A stretch of DNA of 63,897 bases, filler included, from Rhizaria sp. SCN 62-66 (Eukaryota), in assembly GCA_001724265.1 (NCBI GenBank). It is 3 parts of 3 records of this genome, joined end to end, with 100 filler letters (N's around TTAATTAATTAA, not from the genome) between each part and the next. Parts side by side here need not be neighbours in the genome. Positions count along the whole stretch, not along the records: positions 1 to 22,941 come from MEDY01000433.1; 2 more parts are not named here. One strand, given 5' to 3'. The translations under genes and the position numbers were made by a program. This document shows, piece by piece, positions 1 through 11,334 of this stretch. Under the pieces are notes generated by a model. That model was not told the DNA's origin. It did not search any database and was given only the letters and a program-made list of their open reading frames with translations. Numbering within the stretch: the first letter of the stretch is position 1; every line of letters starts with the position of its first letter.

Positions 1-1
1 C

Positions 2-330
2 GCCGCGGGCGCCGCTGCCGCGGGCGCGCATGGCGGGGGCCAGGTGAAACGGTCCGCAACCGGGGCCGCGCTGGGCGGCGGCGGCGGTGCGGCGGCGGCG
101 GCTGCTGCAGTGCTGGCGGCCGCGGCCACGGCGGGGCACGACGGCGGGGCGGCTGCGGTGGGCAAGGGCAAGGTGGCGAGGTTGGCATATGCCGCGGGCG
201 CGCCTGCGGACGGCGACGGCGACGACGAAGACGACGATGACGCCGACGCCGACGCCGCGGGCGAGGACGGTGACGACGGCGACGGCGGCGACGACGACGA
301 TGATGACGGCACGGGGGGCGCAGGCACCCT

Positions 331-362
<32 letters not shown>

Positions 363-481
363 CTGACGGCACCACCAACGGCTTGCAGGGCGACGGCGGA
401 GCGCATCATTACGGCGACGACGACGGCGGCGTGAATCCCAACAGTTTCGCCTACTACCAGCACCAGCAACAACAACAGCAG

Positions 482-513
<32 letters not shown>

Positions 514-2557
514 GCAGCAGCAGTTCGGCGCCGGCGCCGCCAGCGCCACCGGCCTCAGGCTCGCTTACAACACCTCCGCAGTCCGCCCGGGCTCTGCCTC
601 CGGCTCTGCCGGCGCTGGCGCTGGCGCTGGCTCCGGCGCTGGCGCGGGAGCGAGTCAGCTGCAGTCGCACGGCCACCACCACGGCCACGGTCACGGTCAC
701 CACGGTCATAGCCCGACCCCGTCGTCGTCAGTCTCGCCCTCGCCCCACGGCCACGGCCACGGCCACGGTCACGGCCACGGGGCGGGGAGCCAGCTGCAGC
801 TGCAGACGCAGACGCACACGCAGACCCAGTCGCAGTCGTCGCCGTCGCTGTCGCTGGCTGCGCCGCCCCCGTCCGCTCTATATGCGACCATCTTAAGCCG
901 TCAGCGGTCCGCGCACGCCGCCGCCGCGGCCGCCGCCGCCGCCGCCGCGGCCGGCTCCGGCTCCGGGTCGACCGGCTCTGGCGCCCTGGGCGCCGCTGGC
1001 TCTGCGGTGGGCACCCCATCGGGCCCCGCGGGGGCCGCCATGGCCGCGGCCAGCTCCACCCCCATCTCCCACGGCCACGGGGCCGGCGCCGGCAGCGCGG
1101 GGAGCGACGACCCCAACTCGTCCTTCAGCGGCGTCGGCGGCGGGCTCGTCGCCGCGGCGGCCACGGGCGCGAACCTCGCCAGTCTCGCCACGGCCGCCGG
1201 CGGCGGCGCGGGCGGCGCGGGCGGCGGCGGCGGTGGCGGCCACTTCAAGCCCATCTTCGGTGACCCCGAGATCAACGCCGTGGGCGCGGTCACCGGCGCG
1301 GTCACTGGCGGCGCGGCTGTGGCAGTCGGCACTGGCAGCGGCCCCGCGAGCAGCCGCAGCACGCCCATCACCGCCCACAGTCACCCTGCCGCCGCCGCGG
1401 GGGGCTCCGGCGTCAGCACAGGCTCCGGCTCCGGCTCCGGCTCTGGCTCCGGCTCCGGCTCCGGGCCCAGCGCGGCGTCGGCAGCGTCCGCGGCGTCGGC
1501 CCTCGGCGGCGGCGTCGGCGGCGGCGTCGGGGTCTCATCCAACACGGCCTCGGCGCTGGCGCGGAACCCGCTCTTCCGCGGCCTTAACGCGGCCGCCGCG
1601 GGGGCCGCTAATAGCAACAACCCGGGGGCCACGGGCGCTGCGAACGCCGCGGGCGGCGGCTTGACTTCGAGCACGACGCACCTGGGGTACACGCTGTCGT
1701 CCACCGTGGCCGCGGTGGTGGCGGGCCGGTCGCGTACCGCGTCGCCGCTCGGCACGCCCGCGGGCGCCGGCGGGGTCTCGGTCGCAGGCCTGTTGCCGGG
1801 CGGGGGCGCGCACGGTCACTCGGCCCACGGTCACGCCGCGCACGGTCACTCGGCGCACGGCCACCACCTGCACGCGCACCACCACGGCCACGGCCACGGT
1901 CACTCGGCTCACGGTCACTCGGCCCACGGTCACCACGGCCACCCCAGTATCACCGTTACCGGCGCCAGCGGCCTCTCCGCCAGCGGTCTCACTGGCACCG
2001 GCCTTTCGGGCGCCGGCCTGTCCGGAGCCGGCCTCACTGGAGCCGGTCTCTCTGGCGCCGGACTCAGCGGCTCCGCGGCGCGCGCGCTCGGTCTGTCCTC
2101 TGGCGGCCCCAGCGCCGTGTCGGGGCTCGTCGGCCTCGGCAGCGGCGCCGCGCTCGGCGTCACCAACAGCGCACTGGGCGCCGGCGGCCTCGGCGGCGGC
2201 TCACTGGGCGGCGGACTGCTGCTGTCCGGCGTCGGCGCTCACGGCCACAGCGGGGCGGTCGGCGGCGCGATGAGTGGCGCGATGGGCGGCGGCGTGCGGC
2301 TCACGTCACTGTCCCCACTGGGCGCCTCGGCCATGATGGGCGTCGCGGCGCGCGCCGGGCTCGGGCTCGCAGGCAATGCCAACGCCGTCAGTGCTGCCGG
2401 CGGCGGAGTGCCGCCGGCCGTCGCCGCCGCCGCCGCTGCTGCGGGCGCGGGCGCGGGCACAGGTCCCGCCGTCGGCGGCGGGCTGCTCAGCAGCTTCGCG
2501 CTGGGCGCGGCCGCGGGCAGCAACAGCGCCAATAGTAACGCCAACAACAACGCGTAA
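2..2557 (+). CDS. 3' part of a low-complexity Gly/Ala/His/Gln-rich protein; 5' end lies outside the window
   Basis: The frame is open from base 2 to TAA at 2555-2557, with GC3-rich codons. It contains an acidic tract, polyQ, AHGH repeats and GL(S/T)GA repeats, and is followed by a drop to lower-GC 3' UTR. No recognisable folded domain. Confidence 0.75.
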
Positions 2558-3618
2558 GGGGCGGCGTGCTGTGTGTCGTACACAGGCGCGCAGTCGATGT
2601 TGTCGTTCGCCGCGAATGCGAAGAAAGAAAATTGTGAACCAAACCAATAACCATTATCGAGATGTTGGAGCGACACAGGTACAGCTCAACAGAGGTCCAA
2701 CTTCAATTTCAATCGCACCCGCTTCCACAGCCGCAGTCACGATGTTCAACCACGCTCAGTCACCGTCTCATTTTTGTTGCGACAACTGGGTGGCGAGCTA
2801 CGTGTGCGCGTGTGCGCAGTGCTTTTGCGTTTGCTTTGCTGCTATTTGTAATTTGCTCTGCCTTGCTGCTCTAATGTATCGGTAACAATATAACTAATTA
2901 TATAACCCCATTATTTCCCAATCATTACTACGTAGTCTTAGTCTCGTGGTCTTTCCCCACACACAACACAGTACAGTACAGTCTATCTTATTTTGTTTTC
3001 TTTTCTTGTCAATGTGTTTGTTCATAGCCGCCCCATTGTATCAGCTCTTTCTACATACTACTAACCTCTGTCGTATAGACCTGACCATCCCCAATACCAC
3101 CATTACGCCCACCCACGGCAGTGTTTCACTGTTCCGACTTACACTTACAAAGTAGATCACTTAACGACATAGCGATGCCGCATTCAATACAATTTCATTT
3201 CCGTTTCAAATATTTGCCGAACGCATAATTGTTAATGAATATTGAATATCACACTTACATTTTCAGTTCTATCATATTCAGAGTGTATCTCGCAGCATTA
3301 TAAGAAAACCGAGAAAACCGTTTGTGACGCAGCGGCGGAGGCCAACAGGCAACCAAGCGGCGCGTGGCGTTTGCAAGCGTCGCGAGCAATCTTTAACGCG
3401 GATATGCCACATCAGGAGTCCGTTACTCGAAATGTGGCACCGAAACCCGAGTATAATGATAGTAAATATATATATTATTCATGTAACACTTTTCAAGCCT
3501 TACGATAAAGTACTCTACTGCGCCTTGATATGCCCCTCACCAAAGCAGGGCCAAAACAACCCTCACCTCGTTCCTTTTTATAATCTTCAGACGTAGTTCT
3601 GCGCATTTGCAGCCGATT

Positions 3619-6600
3619 ATGCGCCCGAGCAACCACCATGCCAATGGTGCCGGTGCTCCCGCAGCGGGTTCCGGTGCGTTTTCAGGCGCGGTTGTTGCTT
3701 CCCGGCCGCCACACGTCTCGCTGTCATCGTGCTACTACTCCCTGGCGGCTTTCCACTTTGACCCGCTCACCAAGGCCTCGCACCGCGTCGTGCTCACCTT
3801 CGCGCCCCGCACACGCAGCCTTGTGCTCAGCACCCTTGCCACACCGCGGCTCTCGTTCCCATTCGCCGCGTTCCGCGCGTGCAGCTTCAGCGCGTCCCCC
3901 GACGTCATGCTGTCAGGCTCTGCGACGAGCGCGAGCATCACGGCGCACTCGCTCACGCTCACGCTCGCCGCCGCAACCAACACCGGCGCCAAGGCGACTA
4001 CGCCCACGCAGACGCTGTCGCTTGCTTTTGCCACGGCAGCGGTTGCGTCTCGTGTCGCCACCACCATCAACAAACTCATATCCGTCTTCGCCAGTCCTGA
4101 CTATGCTAATGCTAGCAGTGCGGACGCTGTGACGGCCGCGCTCGGCCGCGCCGCCGTGCCCGCGGCGACGCTGCTCGAGGGCTCTGTGCTGCTGGGCAAC
4201 CAGATTACGGCCACCACGTTCATCACCATCAACAACGTTGCCGCCGACGGCGCCCATGGCGGCGCAATCAGCCGCCGCAGCAGCGAGGTTTCGGGCCAGA
4301 TCGACGACGCAGACGGTGGTAAGCGCGGACTCGGCGGCGGCTGGACCGAGAAGTACCTCATTCTTACCCAGGACCGGCTTTTTGTCTTCACCACAACCCC
4401 GGCAGCGAGCAGCACGAACCAGGGCAACATCCACGGAGGCAGCAGTGTTGTGGTGCCCATCGAAGCCTTTTCGCTGACGTCGATCGTGGGTATGGCCGCG
4501 ACGGCGACCAACACTACGCTGCCCACGCTGCCGCGCTTCGACACCATTACGCAGAGCCACACCGCGGCCGCGGACGGCGACGACGCTGACGCTGACGGCG
4601 GTGCGATCCACGGCCACAGCGGCAGCGGCGGCGCAGGCGCAGGCGGAATGACTGGTGGGCGGACGAAGACGACGACGACTACCATCACGACACCCGGCAA
4701 GGGCGCGGTTACCACCAAGACCACCGTCATCATTCCCGGCTCTAAGGGCAGCAACGGCGCCGGTGACCGTGCGCAGCACGAGCTCAACAGCAACCAAGCC
4801 CCGCAGATGGCCCTGCTGTCGACGGACCTGTCGACGCCGCTGGTGTTCCTGTTCCCGTCGCACGACGCATGCCGCCAGTGGTGCGCCGCGGTCACCGCTG
4901 CCGTTGCCGCGGCCAAGACGGCCCGCGACGCCGCGCGCGCGAAGAAGTCAGGCCGCGAGCGCGAAAAAGCAATCCGCGGGGAGGCCGTGGTGCGCGCCGC
5001 CGCCGACGCCGCCGACGGGAAGACGGTCCCCGGGGGCGTACTTAGCCCGTCTAAGGGGGGCCTCAGGGGCGACATGGGCGTGGGCGCTGGCGCGGCGGGC
5101 GCGGCGGGCGTCGCCGGTACGATCGCCATCACGATCGACAGCTTCGGCCCCGAGCCCGACGCCGATTACGACTCTGCTCACGCCCGCTCGGGCGACTGTG
5201 GCGACGGTGGTGGCGGTGGGTACACGGTGCCGATGCCGCCCGCCGAGTACGACTGGGGCCACTACCCGCCGCCGATCACGCCGCTGCTGGCGCTGAACCG
5301 CGCCGCTAACAGTAACAGCCGCAGCAGCGTCGTCGGCTCGCTCAGCGCCGCCGCGCGCTCTGTCGTGCTTGCGCCCTACCGCGGCAGCTGCGACGCGGCG
5401 CCGTACGTGCCTGCGACGCTCACGCCCTCGCAGCACAACACCGCGCTCTTTACCACCGACGGCAACGGCTCCGTCTCGGGCTCTGGCCCGAACCCCAGCT
5501 CCGTGGGGGCGGGCGTGTTCGCGGCGGGCGCGCTGGCGCTGGCGTCGGGGCTGGCCCACCACGCCGCGCTGCTGCCCAACGGCTCGCTTCACCTCTGGGG
5601 CTCCAACAGCGCCGGGCAGCTGGGTTCAGGCCCCAGCCCGCTCTACGCGCCCGCGCCGCTCGCGCTCACTCCGCTTCACGCGCTCCACGTCGCCATGGTC
5701 GCCTGCGGCGCCAGCCACACAGTCGCGCTCGCCTTTCCCTCTAACCCTAGCCACAGCAACCGCCACGGCCACGGCAACGGCGCGATGGACGGCGGCGCGG
5801 TGTTTGTGTGGGGCAGCAACGCGCGCGGACAGCTCGGCCTGGGGCCCGCGGCGCGCGTGCCGCTGTCGGCGACGCCGCGGCGCCTGGCGCTGCTGCCGCC
5901 GGTGCGCTACATCGCCGCGGGCGGCGACGCCAGCGCCGCTCTCACGGTCTCCGGCCGCGGCTACGCCTGGGGCGCCGACGCCGCCGAATGCGGGCTGTTT
6001 CTGCTTGACCCGGAGCAGAGCCTGCAACTGAGCGTCGGCGCCAACGGCGGCGATGCGAGCAGCGCGAGCCAGACTGCTTCTGCGGCTGGTAACGCTGTGA
6101 GTGTCGCCGTTGTGGGCGAGTATGATGACGGCGACAGTAACGGCGGCGACGCAAAGTCTAGCCGCGTCGTCGCGACACAAGTGCCGCGCGCGGGAACACT
6201 TGCATCTGCGTCGTCGTTGTCCTCTGCGTCACTGCAACAGCAGAAGCCGCCCCAGTGCGACCCGCGGCTGACATTCCCGCGCCACTGCGCGCCGCTGGAC
6301 GGCCCGCTGGTGCAGCTGGCGTTGGACCCGCCCTCGGGCTGCGCGCTCGCGCTATATGCGCCGAACCCCTCGCCCGCGATGCGCTTCTTCCCCTCGCTGC
6401 GCTACGCCGCGCGCTTCCTCGCCCCGGGCGCCAGCGCCGGCGCGAGCGGCGTCTTCCACGCGCTCGTGGAGCGGGCGAGCGCGACCGCGCGCTTGCAGCG
6501 ACTGCAGCAGCGGCAGCAGGCGCAGCAGGACCTCGAGGACGACGAAGACGAGGACGGCGCTGTCCGCGGCTGTGAGAGCGTGAACTTGGATTACGCTGAG

Positions 6601-9600
6601 TCCGGCGGCGGCGACGACGACGACGATGACGACGATGATGACGACTTTGGCGCCTCATCACGCAACTACCTCGGCCGGCCGAAGAGCTCTAAGGGCTACT
6701 TGGACCCTCTGTTCGTGCCCTCCGGCATCGCCTACGACTGTGCGCAGCTGGCCGCGCTGGCGCCCACGGCCATCGCGCTCGTCGGCGCCGTCGCCGCGGT
6801 GACCGACAACGGCGGCGAGCTATACTTTGCCCCCCCGACCCACGCCGCAGCCGCTGCCGCGGCCTCGGGCTCCAGCTCGAGCGCGAACGCGGCCATCGCG
6901 GCCGCAGTCGCAGCGGCAAACCCACCGCCGCCGCTGGCCGCTTCCGCTGTCGCGAGTGTAGGCGTAAGCAGCAATGCCGCGGGCGCGAGCGGCGCGAGCG
7001 CGGACGCCGCTGCGAGCGCGGCCGCTGCGGCGCGGACCGCGGTGCAGCAAAGTGAGACGCGCGCCAATACGCTGGGCATTCTGTCACAGCCGCTGCTCTT
7101 CGGCAACGCCTTCGGGGGTGACGCGGCCGAGAACAAGAGCAAGAGCGCGTTCAACATCAAGTTCACCACTGAGAATAAGGCCGACGGCGCCCCTGTCAGT
7201 CCGTCTCAGGCTGCGCGCAACGCTAACGGCGACTACAACATCGCGGCGACCAAGACCACGGCCGCTGTCGTGCGCAAGCAGAAGCAGGCCGCCGAGTCCG
7301 TCGAGGTGCAGTCGCTACTTTCGTCCGCGCCGCGCATCCCGCCCGTAGCCATTTTTTCGGAACCGCGCCTGGCATCTGTCACGGGCGGCGCGCTTACGGT
7401 TGTTTCGCTCTCCCCCGCGCCCGTCTCCGTCTCTGCCCCCATTTCGACAGCATCCGCATCGAGCGACGCTGCGAGTGCGGCGACTCTGGGCGACTGCGGT
7501 TTCGTCGCCTCGACCGTGAGCGGCGACGTCTGGCATTTCTCCGTCAACAGCAACAGCAGCGCTGGTGCCGGTGCGTTCAAGCCGGCGGCGGTGCACGTGT
7601 CCTTCGCGTCCCCCGTTACCGCGCTCGCGCTCATTTCCCCTGCCCCATACCATAGTAGCGCCAGCACCGCTGCCTCCAGCGGCGCGAGCGCCACGTCGCC
7701 TGCCTGCTTGCTCGCGCTGTCGACAGTGCCTCTGGCGCCGACCGCGCCCCCCGCCGCGCTCACCTCCGCGGGATCCGCCTTCGCCGCCGCCGCCTCCTCC
7801 GCCTCGGGCTCCGCCGCCGCGGGGTCCGCCTTCGCCGCCAAGGCCGGGCCGGGTCGGGCGGCGCCGAGCCGCGGCGCTCCGGCCCGGTCCTCGCCCCAGG
7901 TGCCCTCGGTGCTCAGCAAGTACCTGGACAACCCCGGAAACCTCCCCTTGGCCTCACAGGTGCACAGCGGCTGCACTGGCAGCGGCAATGGCAGCGCGCG
8001 CGCCTCCATCTTTGCTCCAATCGCCCACCATAACGATTCCGACGCGGCGCAGGCCCCGCCGGCGACGGTGAACCTCGGCGGGGCCAGCTCGGGCGCGGCG
8101 GCCCCGCGGCGCCCCGCTCCCTCTGGCGCGGGCGGGGCAGGCGGCGGCGACGCGCTGGCTGGGCTCGCGGGCGGCGCCGTGGCCGACTCCTCGGCCGCGG
8201 TCGCGCTGCAGGCCATGATGCGTAACATGGCCCTTGCCAGCAACGGCGGCGGCGGCGGCGGCAGGGGCGTGGACGTGGGCGCGGCGCTGGCGGCCGCGAG
8301 CGCGGTGCTCAACGCGCACACGGGCGCCACCGACGCCGCTCTGCTCGTCAAGGCGCCCGCCAAGCAGGCGCCGCGCCGGCCGCCCACGGCTGCTCACGCG
8401 GGCGCCGCTAGCAGCTCTAGCGCTGGCAGCGGCTTCGGCGCGGGCGCGAGCGCGAGCGGCAACGTGAGCAGCCACGGCAGCGGAGCCGTCGCGCTCGTCG
8501 GCCTGTCCAGCCACGCCGCCGGCGGGCGCGCCGCCACTGCGGGCGCCGGCCTGGGCGTCAACGTGAGCAGCCCTGGCGGCGCGCATCAGGGAGGTGCAAG
8601 TGCTTCGCACAACGACGTGGGGCTGACGCCCAAGAGCAACGCGCTGCACGGCATGTACAAGGGCGGCTTTGTCCCCGCGCCCAACGCCGTGCGCATCGCC
8701 AACCACACCAACGCCAACTCCACCACCACCGCGCACGCCAACTCTCATGCCCACGCTGGCGAGAGTCGCGGCGGCGGCGGCGGCGGCAAGGCGCGGACAG
8801 CGGCGGCGGGGCGCAGCGTGAGCTTCGCGGCCGGGGTCGGCGCCGACGCGGATGACCGCGATGACGACGGCCACGGCTACGGCGCGTACGACGACGACGC
8901 GGAAGCGCCGCCGCCGCCGCCGCCGCCGCCGCAGCCCTTCACGCCCTCAGCCAACTCGCAGGCGTCGCGCTTCTACGCCTCTCAGTTGTCGCCGCAGTCC
9001 GCGCTGTCGCCGCCGCCGCCGCCACCGCCGCTGTCCACCACGCCGCCCCCGCCGCCGCCGCCGATGTCTGCGCTTTCGCCCTACGCCACTGCTGATGCCG
9101 ACGCGGACGTGTACGCAGAGGCGGCCCTCTCGCCGCCGCCGCCGCCGCCGCCCGCGGAGGTTGACGGCGGGCCCATCGCGGGCGGCTTCAGCTACGGATT
9201 TACCCCGGGCGCCGGCGCGGGGCTTCGCAAGACGGGGCGGCTTAACTTCGAGGCGACCACGAGCGCTGCGAGCCTGCCACCGCCGCCGACACCCACCAAG
9301 GCCGCCGGCGCGGACGCGGGCGGCGCGTTTATCGCGCCCGTTAGCCGCAGCGCCGCCAAGGCTGCGTTGGCAGCTAGTAACGCTAACAGCGACGCCAGCA
9401 GCAGCACGGCTAAATTTGCGCAGAATGCTGCCAACAACAAGGCAGTCGGCGCGCGCGCTATCGGCAACTCTGGCGCCACTGGCCCGATCAGTGCCGGCGC
9501 TGGTGCTGCTGCTGGCGGCGGCGGGAGCGCGGGCATTGCGGCTGCCGTTAGAGCGCGCTTCGGCGGCGGTGGCAGCAATGCCACTGTGACCTCGCATGCT

Positions 9601-10071
9601 GACGGCGACGACGATGATGACTGGAATGCCTTGCCGCCTCCTGCCGCCGCCAAGTCGCCCATCGCCAAGCCCGCCGCCGCCAGCAAGCCTGTTGCTAGCT
9701 CCGGCGGCAACGCGTTCTCGCACTTTTTTGCCGGCGTGCCCCCCGTGTCCGCTCCCGTCACTGCGCCTGCCTCTGCTACGAATAACAACAGCAGCAGCAA
9801 CAACGCTAAGCCGGCGCCTGCGCCAGCCACTCCCGTTGCCGCGCCCGTGTCGTCGTTTAAGGCCCCGTCGCGGCCTCCCACGACAACCAGCGGCGGCTTA
9901 ATTTCCAACACTGGCGGCCTATCTTTCACGCAGAGCAACAAGGCTGCAGTGCTTCCCCCGCGTCCCAGCGTTGCTTCCACCTCTAGCTCCGGCTCGAGTT
10001 CTAGCTCTGCTGCACCTGCGCCTGCCGCTGCCGGCGGCAGTGGTTTCTTCAACCCCCACTACAACAAGAGC

Positions 10072-10108
<37 letters not shown>

Positions 10109-10269
10109 GCAGCGGCGGTGCGAAGGGCGCCGGCGCCGTCGCGCTGTCGCCCGCGGCCTCGGCCTCGGCGGCACACCGTGCACGTGCCGCGGCCGCCGCG
10201 GCCGCGGCGGCGGCGCAGGATGACGATGACGACGACGACCCTGACCTGTGGGAGCTGCCCCCGCCTTAA
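3619..10269 (+). CDS. About 2216-aa protein: PH-like domain, RCC1 repeats, polyproline tracts, WH2-like LRKT motif and acidic-Trp (CA-like) segments
   Basis: Single exon from ATG 3619 to TAA. PH-like motifs WTEKYLILTQDRLFVF and LVFLFPSHDACRQWCAAV. RCC1 motifs LHLWGSNSAGQLG, VACGASHTVAL, VFVWGSNARGQLGLG and IAAGGDASAAL. PolyPro at about 8905-9295. Acidic-Trp motifs DDDDDW and DDDDDDDPDLW. Confidence 0.85.
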
Positions 10270-11334
10270 GTTAGGCTGTGCGGGGATGCGATGGTCACCC
10301 ACACCCCGTTTTATTACTCTAAACAATTATTGTAAGGCTTACGGATCAATACTGCTTGTTTGCAGTCTAGTTCTTTTTTCTTTGTGGCCTCAGTGGCTAG
10401 CGTGACACATATCCGAACATACGGACACTTCAGTGCTATTTCCCAGTTTAAAGTGCCTGAGTATTTGTATATCTGGGCGCTTCGCGTTGTCATAGTTTCT
10501 GAGGCCTTTGTACAGCTTTTTTTAATGTGACGGCAAAAGGAAGTATTCAAGCACACTTTTGGAACTTTGTTGTGTTGGTCTTTGTTATAATCTTTCTCAT
10601 AACCATGTTTTGATTGTTTTCTTTCATTCGGTCTGTTCTAAGCGTTCGTTTCATCGGGATCTGCACTAGTTGCTGTTGTTCACTTTCTAGTCACAGTAAC
10701 AGTCCGTCCATGTATCTCTTCTCTTGTACAAATATTCAAATCGTAACTTCGCAACATCACTATTTTCTATCGTGCAATTTCGATGCATTTCTCGGCAATA
10801 TAGCTTCATTGATTTGTGTATCAACAACCTGTACATTTGTCGTTTGCATCAAGCAGCAAACAAAACGTTAATACATCACGGTCGTAAGCTAACACGCGAC
10901 TTCGCACAAAAGATGCATCCGTAAATTGTTTTGAGAGAAGATTATGTTTATTATTATATAGAGTGATAAAATATAAAACGTCAAAATGTACAAAACAGAC
11001 AGTACTTAACATATTAGAGTCAAATCAATATTCCCTGCCTCTTGTCGCAGCACAGCAATCATTAGAATCACGCAAATCAACAAAAGACGTTGAGTGAGGT
11101 GATTATAAACTCTGCTGTGTACAATGACATGCATATTACTTTTTTTTTTGTTTTTGTTTAGAACTATTTCTCTTTGGTTTTTGTTGGCTTTTTTTTTCCA
11201 TCATAACTTTCTAATGACAGCTTTCTACAATTCAACCACCTTCCTTCCAAGATCACAGCGAATCAAGCACTTATGCCGAGCACGCACTCGAGTAGAATGC
11301 GAAAACTGCAGCCGCCGAGCAGTCTCGTGCGCGC

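Noticed and set aside
460-522. CAG/CAA and other short tandem arrays as CRISPR or mobile-element repeats
   Set aside because: They are in-frame homopolymer codon runs with no spacers, cas genes, transposase or terminal repeats.
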